NCBI GenBank assembly: GCA_030141605.1
Contig: JAQGDQ010000195.1
Span: forward strand, 1-64,000
DNA length: 64,000 nt
Direction of reading: 5' to 3'
Source of the DNA: Tubiluchus corallicola
Lineage: Eukaryota > Animalia > Priapulida
Both the position numbers and the translations under genes were made by a program. A model generated the notes under the pieces. It was not told where the DNA came from and ran no database searches. It saw only the letters and a program-made list of their open reading frames with translations. Within the stretch, counting starts at the first letter, position 1. Each line of letters starts with the position of its first letter. Of this stretch, positions 16,301-29,891 are shown one piece after another.

Positions 16301-17130
16301 TGTCAGGCTGAATAAAATAAAACAAGTAGACATTGTATCCACTATGATGTAAATATACTCATTCAAATATTGCAAACGAGCTTTGCATCACAGTTGTATA
16401 GTATGATAAAATGCAAGACAGGACACAGTATCTGCAGAGTTTTGGTTTCGTTCTTCAAATGAATTAATGAAGACCACCTAAGTCACATCCCAAAATTCAC
16501 CTATTAGACTTTGCGATCAGATCATCACAAGTCATTCTTCGTCGGTGCAAAGGACTGCTTAAACTAATTCAAACTTCTCGCAAGCTTGCCAAATGTTCAC
16601 GCAAAAAGATTGCAAAATTAGCTGAAATTTACAGTGCGCTGAATTTTTCCAGCCGACGAAAAACGTTATTGGCGGAAGAATTTGCTTTCGAAAGGGATAG
16701 GCCAAACGTGAAATGAACGTCACTTTAAAATGATTTTACTAATCACATATCGTACTTATCGCACTTTTGTTACCAAATTCTTTCACCATTTCTCACGAAC
16801 ATTTCCCAGAAGTTTTACCTTTCCTTTAAAAACGAAATTTTCCGTTGCATCGTTCGTTCCTTCAGTCGTTTCAGCGTAGTTCGAAAACCTGATCGTAATC
16901 TCAAATTTCCATTCTGTAATAATATACGTTGACTAGGACTATGGTCATTACCCAGAGGCCGTCTAACTGTTATCGCCTTATGAGTAAATGACTTTATATG
17001 ATATGTTTACTAAAGTTGCTTATGAATGCAAATATGCCAATGTTTATGTTCAGTTGGTGGTGTACTGTTAGTCCTGTGTTAGCATAATTTTTATGCTAGA
17101 TGGCATTAAGGATTGTTTGAAATCACAGCG

Positions 17131-20100
17131 ATGGATCCCACACCCCCAGATGGTGGGTGGGGATTGATGATTGTCGTCGCTGGCTTTGTGGCGCAGTTTG
17201 TCACCATGGGACAAATTAAGTCCTATGGCGTGTTGATGTTAGAATTGGAGGTGATTTTCGAAACAGGTGCAACATTGACTAGCTGGATAGGAGGTCTTGC
17301 GCAGGGACTTGCATTTGGTTTAGGTAAGTCGAATAGCGTGTGTGTGCGTGCGTGCGTGCGTGTGCGAGTAAAGTCGTACATCACCTATTCAGTCACTAAA
17401 AACTTTGGATTTAACTGTTATTTGACGAAAGCAGATTAAGACAGTATAGCAAAGAATTTTATATACCAATTCTAACTAACCCTTTCTTGTACATAAGCTT
17501 ACTCTGTTTCTGTAAATTAACTCTGTGTATTTACTTGTGCCTTATTTTTATTCTTGTTCTACGGGTTGTAAATGTTTGAAGTAAAATAAACAATAGTAAT
17601 AATAATATGCGTTCATAGTGCATTCAGTAATAACTATCTTGCTTACAGAAGTAGTAGACTGAAAACTACACACATAGAATGTAGGCTTAAAACCGTTTAT
17701 AGTACAATCAACAGATGTACAGACATCGTCAATATTTCTCAATCAGTAGTAATTAGTTTGCGTTTGGCACTGAATACAGACATGCTCATATATAGAAGGA
17801 TGAAGCATTGGCACAGATGGTCTACACCAGACCTAGAACTACACCAAAACTTTACGCCATAGATGCAGAATCATCCAGGGATTGGTCTACACCAGACCTA
17901 GAACTACACGAGAACTTTACGCCCATAGACGCAGAAGCATCCAGGGATTGGTCTACACCAGACCTAGAACTACACGAGAACTTTACGCTAATAGACGCAG
18001 AAGCATCCAGGGATTGGTCTACACCAGAACTAGAACTACGCCAGAACTTTACGCCCATAGACGCAGACGCATCCAGGGATTGGTGTACACCAGAACTTTA
18101 CGCCCATAGACGCAGAAGCATCCAGGGATTAGTGCACACCAGAACTTTACGCCCATAGACGCAGAAGCATCCAGGGATTGGTGTACACCAGAACTTTACG
18201 CCCATAGACGCAGAAGCATCCAGGGATTAGTGCACACCAGAACTTTACGCCCATAGACGCAGAAGCATCCAGGGATTGGTCTACACCTGTGTACACCAGA
18301 ACTTTACGCCCATAGACGCAGAAGCATCCAGGGATTGGTCTACACCTGTACTAGAACTACACCAGAACTTTACGACCATAAACGCAGACGCATTCAGGGA
18401 TTGGTCTACACCTGTACTAGAACTACACCAGAACTTTACGCCCATAAACGCAGACGCATTCAGGGATTGGTCTACACCTGTACTAGAACTACACCAGAAC
18501 TTTACGCCCATAAACGCAGAAGCATCCAGGGATTGGTCTACACCAGAACTAGAACTACACCAGAACTTTACGCCCATAAACGTAGAAGCATCCAGGGATT
18601 GGTGTACACCAGAACTTTACGCCCATAGACGCAGAAGCATCCAGGGATTGGTGTACACCAGAACTTTACGCCCATAGACGCAGAAGCATCCAGGGATTGG
18701 TGTACACCAGAACTTTACGCCCATAGACGCAGAAGCATCCAGGGATTAGTGTACACCAGAACTTTACGCCCATAGACGCAGAAGCATCCAGGGATTGGTC
18801 TACACCTGTACTAGAACTACACCAGAACTTTGCGCGCATAAACGCAGAAGCATCCAGGGATTGGTCTACACCAGAACTAGAACTGCACCAGAACTTTACG
18901 CCCATAGACGCAGAAGCATCCAGGGATTGGTGTACACCAGAACTTTACGCCCATAGACGCAGAAGCATCCAGGGATTGGTGTACACCAGTTTTAGAACTT
19001 ATGCCCTTGAAAGCAGGCAGTCGTGGCTTAAATGATAGCAGTCCACACTAACATTAAAACGTGCGTCAATAAAAGCCTGTAGTATCAGCTGCAGAGGATA
19101 TTGGTTCACCAAATCTAAAATCATATTTACATTAAAATTTGTATGTAATCAATTTATAAAAAAGCTGGTGTCATTATTAAAACTGCTTATATACTCAACC
19201 TAACGTATACTTAAAAACTAAATTAAAACTACATGATTAGGAAAGTTACAAAATGCACGTAAAATGCACAAAGCAGGAACGTTAAGAACTAAATGAAAAA
19301 TATGCACATGATGGCAAATAGCAAAAAAATTTACAAAATGCATAATACACTGACAATGAAAAATTAATCTATGTAAACAAAAACGCTTAACAGTTTCATA
19401 AGTATTTTATATATTACCGATGCAATATTTTTAGTAACTTAAGTCAATTAAATAGTTTCAGACCGTTACAGTTTCTGTGTTATATAAAAGTCTTGTAGTT
19501 AATGAAATCCTACGGTGTATTAACAATATTTCTGTTAGCGTGAGTTCTTTTAAGTGTGTGCTTGTACTTGCATTTCCCGTTTGAATATTATTGCATCATC
19601 GAAACTATTGAAAACTGAACAAGCGTTCGTTGTGTTAAGTTTAAAAAGCACTTAGTGCCCGATTAAGCATGGGGGCTGCAATTCAGTGGTTTCCACAGAT
19701 TAATTGAAATGAGAAGAGACAACAGAATGAGAGTAGAGGTATGCTGAATTATCCTTTTTTAAAAAGGACTCAATTAATTAATATACTATCTAATAATACA
19801 CTGTAATTGTTTTCTTGTCCATTGTTCCAACTCATTGTTACTGCCACACTCACAATCCTGATTACAATGACGTAGTTTTGTAAGAATTGAGGTCACATCT
19901 CCTCTGACAAGATTACAATTTATTGTAATTTGTATGTATTATATTTAATATTTCAAAAACTTATTTTAATTTTGAAAATATCAAATATCTCCTCTTTTTG
20001 TTGTGTTAGAGTTGCACCCCTGTATGCGGGCCTAAAGTTGGCATTATGTTGTAGAAGTTGAATAAACTGATTTGAAGAATCCAACATTCATGCTTTTGTT

Positions 20101-23100
20101 AAACGCCATTGGGGTCCTGGGCCTCACAGTATCTGTAACCATGGGGACTACAAAATCAAAATCCAGCCCTGTAAACATTGTATGCATGGAAACTGAAATT
20201 TGAGATGTTTCGTCCAATTTTCATGCAATCCAGGGCAAATGGCATCTAGATCTTCATGCAAGCAGTCTTCTTTACAATAAAAGCAAGAATGGAAACATGG
20301 TGTTAAATTTTCTTTTCTTTGCAGCACCAATTTCCTGTGTTTTGGTAAACAAGTTTGGCCACAGACCTGTCGTTATTGTTAGCGGAATCTTGGCAGGCAC
20401 TGGCATGAGTCTAGGATACTTCGCAAACTCACTAGCAGTGTTATTCATCACATACGGAATAATTTTTGGTAAAGGATTTGCTTTATGTGTTTAGTAAACT
20501 AGGTGACATTTCAAATGGTGTTGCTATGAATATTAAAAAAATAAAAATGGGTGAGTAAAGTTATAGGTGCAAGTAGGCGTTTATGAGATAAGGAAACATT
20601 TGCTATGTTGTGTTTTTCTAAATTCTTTTTCTAAAAAAATACGCAAAAAACTATTTTACAATTTAACAATAAGTTGATATTTTTCTAGGTACAGGGGTTG
20701 GTTTGGTGCATAATCCATCTGTAACAATTTTACCTGTGTATTTTCAAAAACACTTGTCACTCTCATGTGGTATTGTTATAGCTGGTGGAGGACTGGGAAC
20801 TCTGTGTTTTCCCCTTATACTAGAATATTTGCTACACGAATATAACTATAAATCTACGCTACTCATCTGCGGTGGAATCGCTTTCAACGTCATCGTATCT
20901 GGTCTCTTGATGCGACCATTGACAACCGTCAGGAAATGTTCACACGTACAGCAAAGCAAGAAAACGTCAAGGCGTGCAGACGGACAGTTCAGCTACGCTG
21001 CTCAGCTGGATGACGACGCAGCAAGCGGGTGTAGTGTGAGTACAACTGTAACATATATAAAATCCGATGAAGTCTCGCTAAATGGCAGATTTCCACGTAG
21101 TGCATCTGAAAATACAATGAGTGATGTAATAGGGGTAGCAGAAGCAGACTCAGTGTGTGAAAGCAAATCAAGTGCATCTGTTACGTTTAAAACAGAGAGC
21201 TGTACCAACAGCAGCAAACAAAAGCCTGTTAGTAATGCAGAAAAACGTGACAACATTGCAAACCTCTTCCACTGGTATCTGTTATTTGATCCATACTATG
21301 TGCTGTTTGTCGCTGTCAGAATGATGTTTGCTTTTAGTTCAATTGGTATCTATATTTTACTTCCCACAAAGGTTCAAGAACTGGACGACAATCACATCAC
21401 CGAGGCATCATTTGTTTCGCTCATGAGCCTATCGGAAGTGACGTCACGATTACTTTGGGCTGCAATGTGGGACAGAAAACCGTTTCGGCATCCGGCCGTG
21501 CGACAGATTGGAATGGCGACAATACTGTTTTTTGGAAGCGTCAGCATGCTGCTCATTGGGATAGTTGAGTCAGTGAGCATCCTTGGTGTATTAGTTGTCC
21601 TCATGGGCGTGCTCCTTGCAGGTTCTCAAGCGCCGACAATCATTATTTTAGGAGATTTAATAGGAGCGAAGCGAATTGGAGATGGTTTGGGAATTATGAT
21701 GTTGGGACAAGCTGTTGTACTGATGATTTCACCTCTTGTTACTGGTTAGTCTCAAGTTAATTTTATTGGTAAATAATGAAATAAAAAAAACTTGAAAAGT
21801 GTTGGTACAATACTCATTGACAGTGTATGCCAATTCCTCATTATCTGAGTTTTCTAATTATCCTGATTCAAAACCGAATTTCCTAAAGTTTAGAAGATTG
21901 TTTTTAAGTTGTAAAAAGTGGCACCAGCTGCAAGTAATTGTATATAAGATAAGCATTATGTAACACCTTGCAGAAATCTCACCTTGAAGGTATTTTGATG
22001 CGTCCTATGAGTAGCTTTAAAAAGTGTTAATTTAAAATTTAAATTCCCAGACAAACTCTAGATCACTAAAAAGATTACAAAAAGTTCAAAGTTTAGATCA
22101 ACAATTTTTTATTTGGTAACTTTATCTAGCAAGATGATAATTATCAATGAAACTTATGATTAGCGTAACTGACATGTTTCTGGAGAAAGTGAATCTCCAT
22201 AATGCAAGCATGCCACAGCCATTTTCGAAATAAGAAAACACCTGTTTACGTTTTGCTACAGTTTTGCATCATCCTCATGATCCTATGATACATGATCGGC
22301 ATAATGCCAGACTGCAGCAAAACGTAAGCAATACAAATATGCCGTATTATTATCAACCATAACTGTTGTTTTATAGTTAAAAACAAAACAACTTTATTAA
22401 AACTCTTACGTTATAAAGTTAAAAGCGTGCCAAACGTTTCAACTAGCTGCTGCTGTCATCATCATTGGCAAATTTACAAACTTACAACCAGTTTGTATAA
22501 GCAGAGCCTATTATGCACTAATTAAGTAGTTAACAGAAGCCAACTAGGTAATTAATAAACGGACTCGAATGAAAAGAAATTGATACAGCAACAATTAGTG
22601 TTTAAAAATAAAGTTAAAGGAATTGAACTGCTTTATACATTAAGACAAGGCTTGTTGAGTTCTTAGGGTACATAGATAGACTTTCTTTTATTACTAAGTC
22701 CCAGTTATTTGTAGCTCTGGTCACAATGCTGAAATTATTAAAATCAGCTTTTGGCAGGTGGCACAACTGGTTGTATGTTTGCAAATTTATTGCTGATGAT
22801 GACAGCAGCAGCTAGTCGAAACGTTTGGCATGATTTTAACTTTTAGCTTTTTATTTTAAAAATTTTAATAAAGTTGTGTTGTTTCAATCATTAAAACTTA
22901 TGTCACTTGACTGTAACTGTACTGTTATTAATTCATTTAGGTTCACTTCTGGATAATCTCGGTTCGGTGACATCATCATACGCGATAATGGGCGTTGCTT
23001 GGTTTATTGCATCCTGCCTGTGTTTCTCTCTAAGGTTGTTGTATTGCTGTAACGTCAGCCATATACAGCAGATCGAAGCGCCATCTGAATCTGATGAGGA

Positions 23101-23203
23101 CGTTTCGCTGAAACTGTCACGCATGTACACAGAAATGGACATCTTAGATTCAAGATATGCGATGCCCGAACTTGTTGGTTACAAGTTGAAAAATAATAAC
23201 TAA
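17131..23203 (+). CDS. Monocarboxylate transporter (SLC16/MCT, MFS) paralog 1, 4 coding exons, 551 aa
   Basis: PPDGGWG signature. Exons 17131-17323, 20325-20468, 20689-21744 and 22941-23203 have GT-AG phase-1 junctions and join in frame (1656 nt). Confidence 0.92.
17807..18990. repeat. Intronic minisatellite of interspersed 66-bp and 49-bp units
   Basis: Unit cagggattggt(c/g)tacaccagaactttacgcccatagacgcagaagcatc, with or without a 17-bp internal addition; no unique spacers. Confidence 0.95.
22375..22890 (-). mobile_element. Penelope-like element 3' remnant with inverted terminal repeat
   Basis: Minus strand at about 22760-22603 reads DFNNFSIVTRATNNWDLVIKESL...KPCLNV*SSSIPLTLF, the typical GIY-YIG C-terminus. 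22380-22475 and 22783-22885 are inverted copies, each with a hammerhead core. Confidence 0.78.
22788..22830 (+). ncRNA. Minimal type I hammerhead ribozyme motif, degenerate (second copy on minus strand 22428-22470)
   Basis: CTGATGA-t-gac[agcagcagcta]gtc-GAAAC-GTT-tggca. The minus copy keeps stem I (tgcca/tggca) but has C3 changed to A. Confidence 0.65.
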
Positions 23204-24559
23204 CCCATTAAATAAATTTATATTAGTATTTATTCACTCCTCATGGTATGTTTAAACATTACCATTGATTCCATACTAAGTACAATTTCATAAATTTTAA
23301 GGTGAGCTCATGACAACTTGCTATAATTTTAAGGTTCGTGTACAGTGAGTTAAAGAGTACAGTAAAATTGAGTTCATTTCAAATATAGCAAATGTAACAA
23401 CAGAAAAGTGTACTTGTCATTGGCAACCAAACCATGTCATGGCAATGAAACCGTTCAGCTAATCTGAAAAATATATGGCAGATATGGCACCAGGACGTGG
23501 CACTGCAAGGCAAACAAGTGAATCAGAACAACATGATGCTTTAATTACGGCGCGTTTAGACTAACAAGTTTTCTGTCGCGAGTTTTCTCTTTGACAGCGA
23601 ACTTGCAAGTGTGAACGCTTTTCCAATTACTCTCAGCAAACCGTTGCAAACTCTCCGATAGTCGCTGTGAATTGATTTCCTACTAGTTACTGTCTAGTGT
23701 GAACGCCTCGTTCAGTTAATCCTCGTTACCGTTTGCAATGAATAGAGAATTGAGTGTCAGTTTGTGCTTACTTCACAGAGTAACTCGCAGCAAGATTTAT
23801 TCTCTAAACCGAACACGCTTGCGAGTTGCACGGCCAAAACTCATTACCCTGAACACGGGCCGTACGGCATGCTGAAACTGTTGGCTTGTATACTCTGCAT
23901 ACTGCTTAAATTGCCGATGAACGTGGACTCCAGAACTTGGGAAAGAGAGCAACCTTCTAGTTTGGGCCACACTGTATTGAATGATTTCAATATATACATG
24001 GATCCTATATTGTGTTTGACATTTTGACTTCTGTGCCATTGCCTAATATTTGATTTGCGGATAACGCAAGTCCCACTCAACGTTTATGTGATACGAACGT
24101 ACTCCTTACATTATTTAGGCTATTTCACTAATTTTGGTAAACTAAGAGATTTTGCAGTAAGCTTAATTGTGTGTAAATACTAAGCATTATATGACTTCGT
24201 TGCAAATTTATCCATCTTCGTAGTAAATATTTGGGTGGCTGACTCAATAACTTATGTTGCCACCCCTTCATCTATGCTGGCTATACATGGCAATTAAAAA
24301 TTAAATTATAATGTCATGTTTATATTTTTTAAATCGTTACAGTTATATTGTACTAATATTTTTACTAACTAATGGTGAAAAATAAACGAAATTTTAATTC
24401 AAATTTGTAGCGTTTGGACTCAATTACATTACCAATATTACAGGGTGTGGTCTACTGAACTGCATTATTAAATAAAGCATAATTTTTCTTATAAACAAAG
24501 CGAATTAATAAGTAGCATCTGTCTACCGAACTGAAATCGTAAATTGGCTTTCTGTTATG

Positions 24560-25445
24560 ATACTTATTTCACCATAAATGTTATTAAAAGTTACATTTGG
24601 ATGCATCAACACAATCGGTTAAAAATGTCACTACGCTACTGGGTATCGAACTCATAAATAATCTTAAATGGGATCACCAAATTGAAAAGGTTATTGCTAA
24701 AGCAGTAAACGAATTTTGATGGTATTTGTGTTAAAAAAAGATAGTGAGCTTCTACATTAGATTCAGTTCCTGTCTAAACAACTAACATTCGCCCTGTTTT
24801 AAAGTATGCTTCTGTTACTCGGTGCTCGTCTATAAATCAAACTCAAATTGCGAGTATTAAAAAATTCAGAAAAAAATTGTTGACTAATTTTCGTCAAAAA
24901 CTTTGTTTCTTATGACGACGCTTTAAGCTCAACGTGATTACTCTGGAAAATCGCAGACAAAAATTAACTTGTAATTTTGCTTTTGACATTATACAGCACC
25001 ATAGACACTTGCTCCTGCTTTACATTTTAGTGTAAGCAATCGTATTACTCGAAATTCTAATAAATTAATTATGGCTTAAATTCGAACAGAATGTTACAAA
25101 CGTTCACAAATGCCTGTTGTAATTAGAACCATAAATAGTAATCATGAACTTCTTTCTAAATTATAGTAGAACATTTATTGTCTCAATTGGTTTTAAACTG
25201 TTTTACTGACTTTGGTATGTAATTCCTTCAAATTTTTATCTTGTAATGCTCTCCTATGTGTTTTTATTCTTTTTTCTACTTTTATTGTATTCACACTTTG
25301 TATACAGTTTTACTGCTCTGCTATACGGTTTTTAATAAAACCCATTTTTTATTTATTTAAATTCTTACGATTTAATCTGTGCTGTTGCTTTCTGTACGTC
25401 GGACTAGGTGCTGGTGTCTAAAATCCCTTATGAGATTAATAAATA
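24560..25445 (+). mobile_element. Degraded LINE 3' fragment (CR1/L2 group)
   Basis: Broken frames give LLGIEL.NNLKWDHQIE, IRPVLKYAS and TLENRR. An AT-rich tail ends at AATAAA near 25440. Confidence 0.6.
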
Positions 25446-25636
25446 TCATAATACGTGACTTTAGGCCTTTGTGCTGTTCAGTACTGTTTGCTTTGCCCTA
25501 AGTCCACAAAAATAACTTTCCATTACAAGTGACCAGCTGTTATTCGTCTGTCACACTGTATACACCTAGATATAGTGCTCATAATAGTAAATGTGTTTAG
25601 TATCATAGAAACCCAGAGAACATCACAACAGCTTTA

Positions 25637-28600
25637 ATGGAACCCACACCCCCAGATGGTGGGTGGGGGTTAATGATTGTTGTTGCTGGTTTTGTAGCGC
25701 AGTTTGTCACTTTGGGTCAAATTAAATCATATGGCGTGCTGATGCTAGAACTAGAGGAGATTTTTGAAACAGGTGCTACGTTGACAAGTTGGATTGGTGG
25801 CCTTGCACAGGGACTGACATTTGGTTTAGGTAAGACTAAACTTCCGTACAGCTTTAACTGTGTTGATGTATTTTCTACTTTTCCTCCATAAAACTCTCAC
25901 TTATCATTTAATGGGTGCAGTTTTTGTTTTTTTTTGTTTGAAAAAGAAATGTAACACACCGTGGACTATGCATCTGAAAGCACGAGAAATTGTTTTCAAC
26001 GTCCGTTTCACAATTGCATGTTTTATTAATACATGTGATATGTGATTAACAGTTTTATGTTGCTGTTGCTGTGATTTATAAATTAGTATTTTTATATAAA
26101 TTTATATTTTTCTCACATAAGCGAATTTCGAAGCTAATGGATTCATTTACAATGTATTTCGATAAATTCTCGTTTTCATGAGACGATATTACAAGGAAAA
26201 GTAAAATAAAAATAAGATGCGAATTCACGAGTGTGACTTTGACCCTTTGACAGAAGTCACTGATTACCACACTACTTTCAAGGTCCCTTCCCCGGTATCT
26301 ACCGTGCAAGATCCATAGATGTCCAGCCCCCTATGTTTGTGTTTTAACACGAATTAAAAGTGGATGCCCTAATAATTGTTGTATTGTGACTCCTGTCTCG
26401 GGTCCTTAAATAATCACAATTTTAGCATTATCTGTGTCCTCTACTGTGCTGTCCTCTGTGTAAGTTTCGTGACTGTGTTTCTGTAGTTTAATTTAGTCTT
26501 ATGTACTTTGGCTTCTATGCAGACATTTGAAGTATCGGAGAATATTAAAAGCTTGGGCCCCCAAATACCTAAATACCATGAAAAAGATTTGAATTTAACT
26601 GAAAGCCTTGGGTCGCTAAGACGAGTTAAATGGGAATAAAAAAACTTGATCAACATAAACAAAAAAGTTGAAAACTGGGTGCCTAACGTAACGAAATGAT
26701 GATGAATAAAAATCAGCTTATTGGTCTTCCTGAACGCTACTATCCTATTCGACGCTGGTGTTCGCGGATAATACGCAAAATTTGCAATGGTGATTTAAAC
26801 CACGTTTGCCAATTTCGCGTTTAAATATTCTGTACTTTATTTTTATTTTATAATGTCCCCTGAAAAAGACAAACATTTTGAGGAAAAATTTTGAGAACAA
26901 ATTAGCGGTTTATATTATCCACTTTATTCAACTGAGGTGACATACAAGAGTTGACAATGTTATAATGTAGCGTGCAAATTTGTAATTGCAGTGTGATTGA
27001 TAGTTTGTAGAGTTAACTTAATAAATGTCAAATTTATCATAATTCCACGTGTTTTTCCATTTATCTTATAGTGCAAATAACTTAATACATTTGGGGTGAA
27101 ATTAATTAGCCTAAATTATTAAATTATTTTGCTTTTCCATACTTCATTCTTCCTGACAATAATTCCAAGTAAAATGATTACGTCTATATTTTACATTTTT
27201 GTAGCACCAATTTCTTGTGTTTTTGTAAACAAGTTTGGTCACAGACCTGTGGTTATCACTAGCGGAATCTTGGCTGGCACTGGCATGAGTCTTGGATACT
27301 TCGCAAACTCACTAGCAGTGTTATTCATCACATACGGAATAATTTTCGGTAAAATATTTTTTCACAATTATAGTTAATACTAAACCAAGTAAGATTTTTT
27401 TTGACAAAATAACGATTGAAAATTAAACCAAACAGACAGTGATTAACAGAAAGTACTGGTTTAGCTTTCAAGGTAAAAAAAACAAGACTACCAGTAAGTA
27501 GCAAATCACTTGGCAACCGAAACTTAAAAATACATTTTACACTTACATTTTAAATATTTTCCTTAATTTTTTTATAGGCATAGGTGTTGGTCTGCTGTAC
27601 AATCCTTGCTTTTCTATTCTACCAATGTATTTCCAAAAACACTTATCATTTTCTGCTGGCGTTGTGATAGCAGGAGGAGGTCTGGGAGCACTGTGCTTCC
27701 CTCTTTTACTCGAGTATTTGCTTATTGAATATAATTACAAATCTACTCTTCTCATCTGTGGCGGAATCGCTTTCAACGTCATCCTTTCTGGCCTGCTAAT
27801 GCGGCCATTGTCCAAGAATAACCAAACCACAAAGAATGACACTCCAACTGTGGGGGCAAAAGAGCATTACAACTTTCCTGCACAGCTAGATGACTGCAAA
27901 GACGGCGAGTTCACGAATGGTGCAACTATGGATTATAAGAAAAGTGATGAAAGTTTAATAAATGATGGTGTATCCAATGACACGAGTTGGTTTCAGTGGT
28001 ACTTATTATTTGATCCATATTATGGTCTGTTCGTCACATCTAATATGATGTTTGCTTTCAGTTTTTTCGGTATTTACGTTCTGCTACCCACAAAAGTTCA
28101 AGAACTTGATGGCAATTCCATCACCGAGGCTAAATTTGTGTCTCTCATGAGCTTATCAGAACTGACCTCTAGATTGCTCTGGGGTGTCATATGGGACAGA
28201 AAGACATTTCGCCCGCCAGTTGTACGCCAATGTGGACTGGCCATAATGTTGCTTTTGGGAGGCGTCACTATGTTTCTCATTGGCGTAGTGGAGTCAGTGA
28301 GTCTTCTTGGTGTGTTAGTTGTTTTGATGGGTGTTTGGCTTGGAGGCTCCCAGGCGCCTTTGTTTCTTGTTGTGAGAGATTTGATTGGTACTAAACATTT
28401 TGGTGATGGTTTGGGTATCATGATGTTTGCACAAGCAATTATGATGGTAATATCACCTCTTGTTACTGGTAAGTTTACGTTGGCATGTAGCAATATATGT
28501 ACTGAATACAATTACACTGTTTGCAGCAATATTGTACAGAAAAACTATTCCAAAATACTATTAAATTACTTGCTAATACGCAAGTTTACATAAAAATTAA

Positions 28601-29891
28601 TCAACTTTCAACTGCTGTTGGTATTTCAAATTTTGTTAGACGAACTTATCACTTATTTATTATTTCTATTATTACTATGAAGCAATGAAAAAAGAAATTT
28701 CATCAGTTGCATGGCGCTCGGCGATGACCTTGGCTGGACTGTTCACGGTGAAAGATCATTGTTCAAAAAAAATTGAATTTATTTCTTCGTCGAGTTTTAA
28801 TAATAGGTTACTGAAGCTCAGGTGGATGGTGAAGGTGTGGAGTCCAGGTGCACGGGGCCAAATCAACTTACTTTGGTTAAGTGGGTGGGACTGCAGAGAG
28901 GCAATCCTCGTTGAGAGGAATCTGTAAAATATGAATCAGTACACTATTTAGTGCAGTATATATTATTCATTAGTTTTACATATTTTACATATTATTTATT
29001 ACCACTCATTTATCTATGATGCTGAGTGTAACTGTACAGTTTTGTATGACAAACACCGTTCTGCTTCTAATGAAACGTTTGTGATGTACTGATACAAAAT
29101 AAGATTTCCAAGGGGGTTACATCAAATACCTATTGATATGTACCTTTGGCAATATGCAAATATGGCATACTGTAGTATTTTGAAAAGACGAATTTTGCAG
29201 AGTTAATTTATTACTGGTAATGCACTGGTAAACAGGCAGTAAACAGGGCCCGATTATGACCTTTTTGTGCCTTTTTGTGGCTAATGAAATATGGGGCCTC
29301 TCAGATTGAACCCTCTAACTCGCCTGCATCCGCCTTGAATATTTTTACTTGTCGTATATTTTAGAGATATATTTTACATAATTTGAAGTAAACTTATTAC
29401 AATTACTATAAATAAAATGCAATAGTTATGTTTTGTTTGTCAGTAAAAATATTCGTTAAGAAATGCCACTATTTTACTATTTATTGCAAACCAAATTAGC
29501 GCATGAAAAACTGATTTTTTTTACCAAATGTTACCAAAGCTTGAGGGACCCTAGCTTGTAGCCAACGCTAGCCCGTAGAAGAGTCCGACCCTGGCGTGTG
29601 TTCGCTGAAGACATTTCTGAGAAAGTCGGAAACAACACACATAGTTTAATATTGTTTTTTTCAGGTTCGCTTGTGGACAAACTTGGCTCAGTCACAACGT
29701 CATACGCAGTTATGGGCATAGCTTGGTTATCTGCATCGTGCCTGACTGCTTCTCTGAGATTATTGTATTGTTGCAACGTGAGCCGCTTGAAGCTGTTACG
29801 AACACCAGTAGAACCTCCTCGAGAGTCACCTCCAACTCTGTGGCACACCTGCATAGACATGAGTCCATTGAATTCTAGTCAACGCTTGTAG
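25637..29891 (+). CDS. Monocarboxylate transporter (SLC16/MCT, MFS) paralog 2, 4 coding exons, 484 aa
   Basis: PPDGGWG signature. Exons 25637-25829, 27205-27348, 27578-28468 and 29665-29891 have the same intron positions and phases as paralog 1 (1455 nt). Confidence 0.92.

Noticed and set aside
17807-18990. CRISPR-like array or repeat protein
   Set aside because: Units are contiguous with no unique spacers, there are no cas genes, the context is a eukaryotic intron, and the 49-bp units break any frame.
29531-29860. Antisense ORF containing VGYKL, like the MCT paralog 1 tail
   Set aside because: A five-residue match in a frame antisense to exon 4; probably coincidence.
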